The notes beneath the pieces are model-generated. The model ran no database searches. It saw only the letters and a list, made by a program, of their open reading frames with translations, and was not told the origin of the DNA. DNA of 64,000 bases from Amphiscolops sp. MND2022 (lineage: Eukaryota), in the NCBI GenBank assembly GCA_964187785.1, contig OZ076409.1, positions 61,692,001-61,756,000 of the forward strand, written 5' to 3'. This document shows, piece by piece, positions 54,901-64,000 of the stretch. The position numbers and the translations under genes are program-made. The stretch's first letter is position 1, and every line of letters begins with the position of its first letter.

Positions 54901-57900
54901 TTTGGAAAAAAATATTTTTTTCCAAAAAAAGTACTTGGTAAAAAAGTCGCACAATGCCGAAAAACCTAAAAAGAGGTCATTTAGGCTCATTCAACGTTTT
55001 CTACAAACCGAAAACTTCAAAAAATGCAAGGGGGTACCCTTTGATAAAATTCGAAAATTTTCGAAAAAAGTCGCATAGTGCCGAAAAAAACCCAAAGGGG
55101 GGACCCTTTGGTCTCACCTGTACTTTTGGAAGAAAAAATTTATGGTTTAGTGCGAGAATCGAACCCACGCTCTCCGGCTTGGTCGAAGATGGAAGATGAA
55201 CAAATATGAAAAATGAACAAATTGTAAGAAAAAAGGACCACTCAGAGTGAGATTGTCAACTGAAAAAAAAACTACTCACTGTAAGAGTCGGGCTTTTTTC
55301 CTTAAGGGAAAAGGCGCCGACTAAAAACAACTTGAAATATTGGCATTTGAAGTCACGCGAAACTTTCAGATGATAAAGAAATCTGATTAAACTTTTAAAA
55401 CCATCAAGTTGATTGAAGCCCCAGTTTAAATACTTAAAGAAACTTGGAATCGAACTATTCGCGTTTCTATCGAAAACTCCACAATGATGTTTTTTGCAAG
55501 GATGAATTTCCAACATTGATTTATATGAATAAGATTTATTTAGAAGTTGAATAATTGACACAATCAATGATTTGACACCGAGGGTGCCTAATGAAAACCT
55601 ATGGAAACAGTTTAGGAATGACATACTAAACGAAGTAGAAGCACTCACGTTGCAAGGTGACTTCATCGTATTCATTAGAGACCTCGCCGATGTTGCTGTT
55701 GGAGATATCAGCTTCTTCAGTGGCGTCACACTCCAACTCAACACCATTGGAGCCCGCAGACTTCTCACCATCCTCTAAGAGTTCGTCAGCCGGCTTCTTT
55801 TCTTCTTCGCCCTCGCCTCCTGAAACAAGATCTGAATTGCAAAATTCTGTCTAAACTTTTTGAACAAAACTAATTCAATAAGGCTTTCTTTGTCATCGTA
55901 AAAAGACGGAAGTGACTGAAATCTATCTTCTTAGTATTTTGAATTAGCGACAACCAATTAAATGCTCAAACCGAAGTGAGAGTATGCACAATGAATTTCG
56001 AAAAACTCGTTTCTTTTTCGTACAACCCACAAGGGAATGAAAATTTCAGACTAAATATAATAACCTCATCTTGAAACACTAAAAGACCAACCATGCAATA
56101 TTTTAAGAAAAAACTTGAGACGAATTAGCGAAAAAATACCGATGTCTAAACTTTTCAAAATATCAACGACTTGACTGATTGAATCCCGAAAACCAAATTT
56201 TTACCAAATCGTCTCCATCAGTCAAGTCATTGATACCTTCGAAGGCATACATCAATTTTGAGGAAATTAATCATTTAAAACTTGGGTCATTGAAACGTCA
56301 TTAACCTTGTGTTGGGCTGTCGCTGCTTTCAGCTTGGATGGCCTCTTCGAGTCTTTGCACAAGAACTGGCTTCAAACCTTTCGTGTCCAAATTACGAGCT
56401 GCCAACTCCGCTTTCAACTCAGTGACCTATGAGTCATGATTCAAACAACACGTTAATTTCCTTACTTCGTTGCGACAACTGTCACAAACTAGCAAAACTG
56501 ATGCAATTGCAAATTAAATATTTTTGGAAGGAAAGAGTTCTAGAAAGAAAAAGTAAAAGAACGTACTTTCATTGTAGAAGGTTTCAGCTGTGTCTTAACA
56601 TGTGACCCATCCTAATAAACAATAACGCAAAGTTAAACATGAAACAGAAAACAGAAGTATAACATTTTTGGACATACAACGATGATAAACACAAGGGTTA
56701 AAACTTCAGGACATTTTTAAACACTCATTTTGAACGAACTGCGATCAAGATTAAGCTGTCTTCACCAAAAATAAATGCTAGCAAAATCAATGAGGATAGG
56801 TTGTAAAATCAATCTATGTAATATATATGCCTTTTCGGGAGACTGTTTAGCCGCTGCGCTTTCTTGTTGGTTGTCTTGGGAAGATTCTTCATCTTCATTT
56901 GGTGGTTTTTCTTTCTCTTCAGCTGCTTCAGGAATAAGCTCTTCGTCCATCATTTCAGCAGCCTCTTCTTCCAAATCAGCGATAGGTGTCGGTGGAGGGG
57001 GCTCTAACTCGAGCGCTTTACTTTCTCCATACTGTTTGTACTCTTCTTTAATCTTTTCCCATTGAGCTTCATTTGGCATTAAGGTCCAAATGTCGGGCAC
57101 GAAAATGACGCGACATTGAAGTTTGTCTGCTTCGCCATTTAACTTATCACCCGGTTGCACAAAGAATAGTTCCGCGGTTGTATACCTATGGCAATTATAG
57201 CGTGTCAACAAACCAAGCCACCACAAACATCAGTCGATATAAGTAAGCACGCAATATCCCCACAAGGGTCTAGGTAACAACACAACAAAGTAACCAGACT
57301 GCACCCAACCATTCCGTGCCATGGCAAGGGGCCGTTTGGAACAGTCTGACCATGGTCTTATCAATAACTAAGTCATTGAAGCCTCAAAAAATAATTTCAT
57401 CTTGAATTGGCGTTTTTAAGACCAAATCAGCTGGTCTTCATCACCTGATCTTGTTATTAGACGAAATGGGCTTCCATCTCCGAGTTGAAAATAACAAAAA
57501 AAACGGAACATCTCTTCCTATCGGATTGCAAAATTTCCATATCAATAGAAAATCATCTTTCAACGGTTGAGCTTTTATGACTAACAAGCAGACTTTGAGA
57601 AGATGAACGTATAGCAAGATCTTCAAGAGGTTTGCCTTATTATATTTGCTTGAGGTATGTGATGAAAAAGAATTCAACTTACCAGTTACTGCACTTGGAT
57701 AGATCAATGCCAGTCTGTGCTTTGGTAACTCGGATGGCTGTATTGATAAGAACAGTGGGGTTACTGGCAGGATCAGCTCCGTCTACACTTGGCGACCACT
57801 TTCCGCCAACCAGACTCAGATTTTTGTTACCTTAAAAGGAATTACCAGCTGTGCACAATCACTGCGTAGCATGGAGCAAAAACAATCAATTTCGGGACAT

Positions 57901-60900
57901 AATTTTTTTAATCTACAAATATTCCTCGTTGAAAATCAGTCGCCAATCATCAAAAAATGAAAAAAAAACTGATGCAAATTGAGAATATACGTACATTATA
58001 ATAACCAACTACTACACAAAATTCAACGAATTCGGTCGAGACCTTTGGAAAAATACACATCCCATCTTAGACTTTACAAACGATGGGTTCCTGTTTTTTG
58101 CTGGGGGAGGAATCTCAACATGATAAGCAGTTTCTATCAATTATTGTCTGACCACCAATTTTCGAAAACTCAAAGAAAACTTTTTTCTACCCCTCAGAGG
58201 ATATTCATCACCACCTCCAGGAGGTTTGTTTCAAAACCAATTCCTTATTTGCTAATTGGATGCTTAAGCTGCATCACCGCAATTTCAGTGACTATCAATT
58301 TTGTAACAAACGAGATAAGATCGCAAAATTCTGCGATTAAAGCTAAAATCTCACTTTTTTGCCCGAGTAGGAAAGACAAGACTTTGGACACATGTTGTAA
58401 GTTGTCTCCTGCATTTGCACCCGATAGCCTGCAGCAATTCTTGTACAGGTAATCCAAGCTCTCTGAGCTCATCAGCATTACATTCACAATGAAAGACGAA
58501 TCCGCGTCCTGGGGCTCTTCTATTTCACGTGTTTCTTCGTTTGGATTGGTTGCTTTGGAGTCCATGACATAGTACTTGACAAAGTGACCCAACCCCAGGG
58601 CTTTTTTACCCACTGGGAACGTCTTCTGATAGCTAAACTTGAGATGCGCGAAGGTCTGAGGAATTGAGATACCGTCGAAGCGACGTCTTAGCTCGGTGAC
58701 ATCAATGCCGTGCCTAAAAAATATCACGATGAATAAAAAAAGCTATAAGGACGGTCAAAGTTGGTGCTCACAAAAGGCTTTACTCTTGACAATTTGGGTT
58801 CACTCTCAACACCAAGGGCGCCCAGCAAAAACACTCAATCTCTGAATTATCTGTCATAAGTAGTAAACCTGTAAATTCTCTCGCTCATTTAGCGGAATGG
58901 AGGCTAGTGTGTTTCAATTGAGTGGCCTCTACGAAGTCGAATTATTTAAAATCGAAATTTGCCACTGAAATTTCCAGCGTCGAATTATTTAGGATTGAAT
59001 TTCACAGGGCACTATAGCAATGGTATAGTATGAATGAAATTTTCACTTCTTTCGATGGTAGATAAAATCAAGTTTGAATTCGATCCTAGATAATTTTGCA
59101 TATTTTTCGATCCTACACCATAATTCGACTCTGTACAGCAATCCCTTTCAATTAAACCGATAAAATAATATCAGGCGATTTCAACGTAAAATACATCAAA
59201 ATTCCCAATTGTTACAACCGTTTTTTTCACAAATTACTGTTGAACTAATTCTACAAATTTGATATGTTCAGCAAGGACTGCCCACAAAACACAATTGTTC
59301 TAACACATTGAGAGGATATCTGGGCGGTTTCACGTTGTATCTCAAACTGACTCGCTTGATACTATCAGAATGGGCACTCCTGTCTCGAGAAGACTGATGA
59401 TAATCTCTGCTGTCTCTGGGCGACCTGTAATCTCTCTGATGACCAGACGACATGTTTTCACGACTCTTGTCTCTGCCTGAATAACTACTCATTGTCTTTT
59501 CATTGGTGGGACTTCGACTTCGCTTCCTGGATTGCGGGAGAGGACCTCGGCTGTCGTGGGGACTGGTCCTAACAGGTGTTCTGGACCGTGCAGGAGGTCG
59601 TACAGGGGGTCTGGAGGATCGGGTGTCATCACGGGAACTACTTTTGTAATCTGAAGAAAGGGTCGCAATGAATAAGTAACTCTCGAGAATAATGTTCCAT
59701 CAGAAGCAGCTATGAAATCTATCAAGGGAAAACAAACAAATAACAAGCCGGGAACGGCCCAAGTCGGCGCCATATCTAAGGCTCAAAAAGACTCGAAAAC
59801 GAAAACCACTTTTTCTACAACTGGAGACAACAAAAGCTCTCAAAAAACTAAAAATTGAGAAAAAAAATTCCGAATTTTTTTGAAGTTTCCGGTAAGTCGC
59901 ATAGTGCCGAAAAATGTAAAAGGGGGGACGCTTTGGGATTTTTGAACATCCATTCTGTTGCAAAATATCCAAAATTGATGGGAGGAACAATTAAAAAAAT
60001 TTCGGAAAAAAATCAGTCTCACAGTGCCGAAAAAAGGAGGAAAGTCTCATAGTGTCGAAAAAAGTGGACCCTTCTGCTTTGGAATAGCTTTTTATCGCAT
60101 GTTGGAGGCTTTGGATGCGTTGAAAATGAAGTACTAAGTACATATGGTAAAAGTTGGTAAATGAGCATTAATGCACAAAACGTGGACGTTTCGCGTTGAA
60201 CTGACGAAAAAAAACTAGCCACTGTAAGAGTCGGGATTTTCTTCGAAAAGGCCGGCTAAAAACTGATGGCAACAAAAATGTTTTTTAAAAGACCTATGAG
60301 GAACATAGAAATAGAGAAAGTGATCAAAGTCTCAATCGAACTCATTTTCTATGTTTCAAACGAATAGCTTTCGATACATTTTCTGAGGATTCAGTATAAA
60401 TTTTTTGGCATATCTCACCTCGTCCTTTAGGAGGGGAACTTCGTCTGTCATCACCTCTTCCTCCCCCTGCTGCCATCCGGTCGTATCTGTTGTACCCACG
60501 CGAAGAATCTCCTCCCCCAATACCCCTGGAACTCTTGTCTCCGTTGTAGTCTCTGTATGAGTCTCTTTCCTCATACATATCCCTTCGGGAACCCCCAGAG
60601 CTGCGGCCATCGTATCCACTCGAGGACTTGTATGCTGAACTGCCTCCATAAGCTAGAAACAAAAATAACAGATTGCAGAGTAAAAACAAACTACGTAAAC
60701 AGAAAAATGAAAACTTTCCCAAGGAAAATGTGTCCACTTTTTTGCAACCTTCTGGTCCAACTAAGATCTCGAGCACTAAAAGAGGCCAAATGGCCTTCCT
60801 TTGGAATTTTCGTATTTTACATGATTTACGAAACTACGAAAGAGCAAAAGGTCATCCCTTTTGCTCTTTCGTAGTTTCGTAAAACTGTTCGTTTTCTTTT

Positions 60901-63787
60901 CATTTCACCAAAGGGTCCTTCGTTTGATCTGTTTGACATTTTCAATTAAGTAAAAGCCTTTTCGACCCCAAAGGGTATTTTTCTTCACTGTACTACTTTC
61001 AAGAATTTTCATAAAAGCAGCATTTTAGCGTATTTTAGAGACTTTCAAGACAATCCCGTGTGCGATTTCTCAAAGGTTTTGGTAAAATTCTGGTCAATAA
61101 ATTAAATGAGAAAGGGGTAAGGAACTAACATTTATCCATGGAAGAAGTATCATATCTCGACCCCTTGGAGTACCCTAAAATGAAAAGACAAGTCTAGTGC
61201 TTCCTGAAGCATTGAAGATGGAAAAGATTTTTCTAATGGTCTCTAAATTTCAAGGGTAACGATTACTTTTATGAAAGGAGACCGAATTGGTTATCATTTT
61301 TCACAACCAAATTCCGATGTCTCAATAGAAAAAAGGTTGTTCAAAAATCATTAGCTAAAACATTCCTCAACAGGCAATAATATATAGGTAAAATTGGTTT
61401 GATTAATAGTAAAATTAATGTCCAGACGAGCCTCAAATGAAAACAAAATAGAGAACCTGAAGAGGGATGTGAGCTTCTGTAGTTGGCGCCACCTCCGCTA
61501 CGAGCGGCAGCACTGCTCAAATGGTCAGCCGACGACTGGTGGTATCCCCCGGAACTGCCACCCTTCGACATAGAAGAGACGCCTCCTCTTGCACTATAGC
61601 CGCCGCCACCACCAGCACCTGAAACAAAGCCACTCCATTCAACTAATCTCTAACTCGCTAATGAAATAAAACGCGACTATCACAGTGGCTTTTCGTCGTT
61701 TCTTCTCGAATCCGGTCGAAGTGATCATTTCATGGCGAATACCAAAACTCTACAAATTGGTCGGAGGGGTCAACACATTCGTATTTTGATGAGTGTTATT
61801 TTGGAATGGGCGACTTTTTTCCGGAAAAAACCTTCAGGCATTAAGCAGCTTTTGGAATTTTTATTTCACAAAAGGATTCTCGCTTTGATTCTTTTGATTT
61901 TTTTCGATGACAGAACGAAAAAAAAATATTGGTGAGAAAAAAGCAAAAAAAACCCTCTTCAACCCAAAGGGTCCCCATTTGGGTTTCTTCGCACTGAGAT
62001 GGAGAATGTTTTCACAAAAGATTCCTTGACGCTTTGAAGTACTTTGAGCTTAAACGGGGTACCGACTTATGTCGTTCCCAGCTTGTTTGAAGTTCCCGTG
62101 CTTTTAAATGTTTGAGTTTTAGCATGTTTCAAGATGCGTTAATATTGTTTTTTATTCGGACAATTTTCATATTTTGAAGGTTATATGAAAAGGTTGGAAA
62201 CGCTATTTGAAACCTTGTCAATACTCAGTGAAATTTGAATTTTCATGTTTGAGCATTTCATTGGTTGTCGCAATTTGACAAATCACAAAAAAATCCGAGC
62301 GAAACCGCTCGCTAATCGCTAATTCGTTATATAGTTGATTAGCGGAGTCAAAACTCTGCTTTCGACATACTGAGTAAAACTTCAAAATAAAAAACAACTA
62401 AACAAGAAGTAGACACAGACTAAATGGCCTTTTTGTTTTTCTGAGATGCAAGATGAACTAAAATTTGATCATTAGCTGTGCGCCTTAGTTTCGCCTAAGT
62501 TGTAGAGTGAAAATACTGTGAATTAAATTTTAAATTTTTTGTCAAAGTTTACAATTAATGGCACGGTTTAATTTTTGCAATCAATTTTTTCACATCCCTG
62601 GTTTCAATAGAAAGAAATGAAATTTGCGAACCGACCTTGGCCGAGACTTTGAACACTCGTTGCATGCCATTTGAAGGGCAAATCTCCGTTGTAGACGGCC
62701 TCCACTAAAACTTTATCATTAAGCTGAGGTACTTTCCCTTTCACCACTCTGAAACAGGTATTGAGCATTAATACCGGATTTTGCAGCTATTGGAACTTAC
62801 TTCTTAGGCAATAAAAGTGCCATCTCTTTGATTTCACCAAACTCCTATGATTCTAATCTTTCGAGAGATTATAAGTTTGCTAGGGTCCTTCTACTACTAC
62901 CAATACTACGAATTATAACTTGCCATCAACTATTGAACATTCATTCAAATTATCGGACTATTTGGTCAACTTTCGTTTAATCCTTTTGGAGAAGGTTCAG
63001 CACCCAATTTACAGATAAAATTAGGGTAAATTTTAACAACTATAACAAGATTTTAGCATATATTAAGACTATTGTATTACACTATTGTAATTTGTAACAC
63101 AGTATCAACATCCAATTAGTAGCATTTGTAACAAAATGCCTAATATCAAGAGGTCCGATAGCCTTTCAAAACATTGATGGGAAACAACGTGGTTCAGTCC
63201 TAGAAAACTCACGAGAATTGGAAGAAAACGTCGTTGTCGATGATGCCGAAAGAGTCCTGCACTTTGGTCACATGACCTGTGAAGACTCGAGGAGCTGTGT
63301 TGGAGCTGAAACCCCCTCCTGCACCAGCTCCACCTCCGGGTCTGTAGGAGCCCCCACCGCCACCCATAGAACGACTGTTGTATCCACCCTAAGTAAACAT
63401 GACTTTGAAAACCGATTCTCATGGAACCTGTTATTTATTGAGCGTATATTATTCACAAAAATCCTGATCAATTCATATGTGACTCGAATTGACAAAATGA
63501 ATAATCTCTAAACAAAAGGCATCTTACAAAATGATGGATTCAATGGACAATGAAAAGTTTTTGGTGTGGTATAGTTTTCTGGCTCGGTAACTGCTAGTTT
63601 TGAGTAAAGCACCGCTGTCAGAAACGTACGCTACGAAATGAAAACTCGTAGTCTTTTCAAGTTACGACCAAATAGTTGCTGTTCAACTAACCCCTCCGCT
63701 TCCATAACTAGAGGAAGACGGGTATCCGCCCACTGAGCCTCCGCCACTCGAGTAGTACTGACTGGAACTGTACTGATTTGAATACAT
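23680..63787 (-). CDS. CCAR1: CCAR1/CCAR2 (DBC1)-family gene, whole coding span; 22 coding exons (about 1368 aa) plus duplicated copies of exons 14-15
   Basis: Hand-spliced exons have consistent phases and sum to 4107 nt. Recognised motifs: S1-like RVFTGHVTKVQDSFGIIDNDVFFQFSVVKGKVPQLNDKVLVEAVYNGDLPFKWHA; DBC1-domain GGKWSPSVDGADPASNPTVLINTAIRVTKAQTGIDLSKCSNWY; SAP MKVTELKAELAARNLDTKGLKPVLVQRL; FAESMYEMLQRDF; EF-hand LLLAFSFFDRSFSGYIKQRDLEDC. Confidence 0.92.
24882..25543 (-). mobile_element. HINE-like element
   Basis: AACAAGCCGGGACCGGC-CCAAGTCGGCGC ... GCGCCGACTAAAAA. Confidence 0.72.
25773..25898 (-). CDS. CCAR1: CCAR1 exon 21, coiled coil
   Basis: tttcAG...GTGAAT boundaries, phase 1-1. 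Confidence 0.82.
26103..26300 (-). CDS. CCAR1: CCAR1 exon 20
   Basis: ttccAG...GTTAAT boundaries; encodes FVQYKGATINISNLIQQSE, start of the coiled coil. Confidence 0.88.
26527..26647 (-). CDS. CCAR1: CCAR1 exon 19
   Basis: aacAG...GTAAGT boundaries; encodes VKYLVGKVSKLDLVNYQEMTD. Confidence 0.88.
26798..27024 (-). CDS. CCAR1: CCAR1 exon 18, EF-hand-like
   Basis: tttcAG...GTGGAG boundaries; encodes PQLLLAFSFFDRSFSGYIKQRDLEDCIDALGVGLSKQQ. Confidence 0.9.
27943..28150 (-). CDS. CCAR1: CCAR1 exon 17, acidic, with NLS-like PPKKKLK
   Basis: tttcAG...GTCAGT boundaries, phase 0-1. Confidence 0.87.
28484..29309 (+). mobile_element. HINE-like element (same subfamily as 24882-25543, inverted)
   Basis: TTTTTAGTCGGCGC ... 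GCGCCGACTTGGGCCGATCCCGGCTTGTT. Confidence 0.72.
29925..29981 (-). CDS. CCAR1: CCAR1 exon 16 (EERLKREAEEAAKLKEEAE)
   Basis: ttctAG...GTGAGT boundaries, phase 0-0; continues the charged helix. Confidence 0.85.
30173..33741. mobile_element. Cluster of at least 6 nested or tandem HINE-like elements
   Basis: Hairpin ends at about 30173, 30537 and 31684 (minus) and 32620, 33226 and 33741 (plus). Confidence 0.7.
33775..33925 (+). mobile_element. tRNA-derived SINE-like sequence
   Basis: GGTCTAACG...GGGTTCGAACCCTGCGCTGGACCA shows acceptor-like pairing and a B box, but degenerate D and anticodon arms. Confidence 0.5.
35242..35415 (-). CDS. CCAR1: CCAR1 exon 15 (copy A, duplicate)
   Basis: Appears identical to 52418-52591, with intact splice sites. 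Confidence 0.7.
35764..35985 (-). CDS. CCAR1: CCAR1 exon 14 (copy A, duplicate)
   Basis: Appears identical to 52915-53136, with intact splice sites. Confidence 0.7.
38950..42810. repeat. 493-bp tandem array (about 8 copies)
   Basis: Equivalent ORF starts at 39643, 40136, 40629 and 41122 (period 493). Confidence 0.95.
42826..43050. repeat. GA-rich tract with pure (GA)n at about 42954-42995
   Basis: Visible directly in the sequence. Confidence 0.95.
43517..43716. other. Assembly gap (200 N)
   Basis: Run of exactly 200 N, probably a fixed-length scaffolding placeholder. Confidence 0.98.
47180..50470. repeat. 84-bp tandem array (about 39 copies) with higher-order structure
   Basis: Unit TACAGTACCATACTATAGGTCTAAAGTAGCTAAGATTC...; CAGTA recurs at 47577, 47661 and 47745. 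Confidence 0.93.
51282..51572 (-). mobile_element. 291-bp HINE-like insertion with tRNA-like core
   Basis: Absent from the paralogous site at about 34391; 12-bp IR CACATGACGAAG, terminal hairpin and (TA)n. Confidence 0.75.
52418..52591 (-). CDS. CCAR1: CCAR1 exon 15 (copy B)
   Basis: tctcAG...GTAAAG boundaries, phase 0-0; encodes LEVFAESMYEMLQRDFCYEIYRAL. Confidence 0.85.
52915..53136 (-). CDS. CCAR1: CCAR1 exon 14 (copy B)
   Basis: tttAG...GTTAGT boundaries, phase 0-0; encodes LPDTPHIIVHP...SLLD...KEDAFT. Confidence 0.85.
53609..54107 (+). mobile_element. HINE-like element nested in a 173-bp satellite monomer
   Basis: Splits GGCCATTTTT/GGGCTAATTTTGGCTA; both termini present. Confidence 0.75.
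54487..54800 (-). CDS. CCAR1: CCAR1 exon 13, acidic and charged coiled coil
   Basis: ttttcAG...GTTAGT boundaries, phase 1-0. Confidence 0.85.
54827..55327 (-). mobile_element. HINE-like element
   Basis: AACAAGACGGGAACGTC-CCAAGTCGGCGC ... GCGCCGACTAAAAA. Confidence 0.72.
55649..55819 (-). CDS. CCAR1: CCAR1 exon 12, acidic
   Basis: tttcAG...GTGAGT boundaries, phase 1-1. Confidence 0.85.
56306..56426 (-). CDS. CCAR1: CCAR1 exon 11, SAP domain
   Basis: catAG...GTTAAT boundaries; encodes VTELKAELAARNLDTKGLKPVLVQRLEEAI. Confidence 0.92.
56567..56611 (-). CDS. CCAR1: CCAR1 exon 10 (45 nt, DGSHVKTQLKPSTMK)
   Basis: ttattAG...GTACGT boundaries; supplies the start of the SAP motif. Confidence 0.8.
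56831..57185 (-). CDS. CCAR1: CCAR1 exon 9, end of DBC1 domain plus acidic linker
   Basis: catAG acceptor; encodes VIFVPDIWTLMP. The 3' boundary requires a GC donor (AAG|GCATAT). Confidence 0.8.
57683..57830 (-). CDS. CCAR1: CCAR1 exon 8, DBC1 domain
   Basis: tttaAG...GTAAGT boundaries; encodes GGKWSPSVDGADP...TGIDLSKCSNW. Confidence 0.92.
58355..58713 (-). CDS. CCAR1: CCAR1 exon 7
   Basis: ttttAG...GTGAGA boundaries; encodes DVTELRRRFDGISIP...PQDADSSFIVNVMLMS...LSFLLGQK. Confidence 0.9.
59305..59650 (-). CDS. CCAR1: CCAR1 exon 6, RS-rich, ending RYNVKPPRYPLNV
   Basis: ttcAG...GTTAGA boundaries, phase 1-2. Confidence 0.85.
59742..60263 (-). mobile_element. HINE-like element
   Basis: AACAAGCCGGGAACGGC-CCAAGTCGGCGC ... 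GGCCGGCTAAAAA. Confidence 0.7.
60419..60652 (-). CDS. CCAR1: CCAR1 exon 5, R/D/G/S-rich
   Basis: ttctAG...GTGAGA boundaries, phase 1-1. Confidence 0.85.
61457..61618 (-). CDS. CCAR1: CCAR1 exon 4, Gly/Ser-rich
   Basis: tttcAG acceptor, weak GTTCTC donor; phase 1-1 fits both neighbours. Confidence 0.75.
62636..62748 (-). CDS. CCAR1: CCAR1 exon 3, S1-like domain
   Basis: tttcAG...GTCGGT boundaries; encodes VVKGKVPQLNDKVLVEAVYNGDLPFKWHATSVQSL. Confidence 0.9.
63213..63388 (-). CDS. CCAR1: CCAR1 exon 2, Gly-rich segment plus start of S1-like domain
   Basis: ttAG...GTGAGT boundaries; encodes RVFTGHVTKVQDSFGIIDNDVFFQF. Confidence 0.9.
63692..63787 (-). CDS. CCAR1: CCAR1 coding exon 1 (MYSNQYSSSQYYSSGGG...)
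   Basis: Acceptor ttttcAG lies 8 nt before the ATG, implying an upstream exon. Donor GTTAGT, phase 0. Confidence 0.75.
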
Positions 63788-64000
63788 CGCACGCTCTGAA
63801 AAGTAGAAACATGACAGGCGAAAGAAAACCAGGATCAAAAACTAAACTATGTGTCATGATCAGTATCGTTAAGGGACATTGATTGACTTAAGAAGAGTGC
63901 GCTTCTTACGAATAACTTTTAAGGAGAAAGAAACTTTATTGGGGAAGAAAAACCAAAAGACTCTTTAGGTCCAAAAACGATAGGTGAATATTTGAATTGA

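Overview
This is AT-rich, repeat-dense eukaryotic DNA (probably an invertebrate animal), not prokaryotic DNA; most ORFs in the supplied track are artefacts of repeats. One host gene is well supported: a minus-strand CCAR1/CCAR2 (DBC1)-family gene at 23680-63787, which I assembled by hand into 22 phase-consistent coding exons (about 1368 aa; S1-like, DBC1, SAP, EF-hand and coiled-coil regions). The most notable structure is inside this gene. A 2.4-kb segment carrying exons 14 and 15 occurs twice (34326-36734 and 51218-53885). The two copies directly abut a 14.5-kb insert that starts with AGTAGT and ends with ACTACT (Maverick/Polinton-type ends, with non-matching terminal repeats) and contains a 200-N gap. 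The window also holds a decayed Gypsy LTR element with a tandemly amplified integrase segment, a Tc1-like transposase pseudogene, several MITEs, many Helentron/HINE (DINE-1-like) non-autonomous elements (some with tRNA-like cores), and three tandem arrays (units of about 173, 493 and 84 bp). Family assignments come from motif recognition only; no database searches were run.
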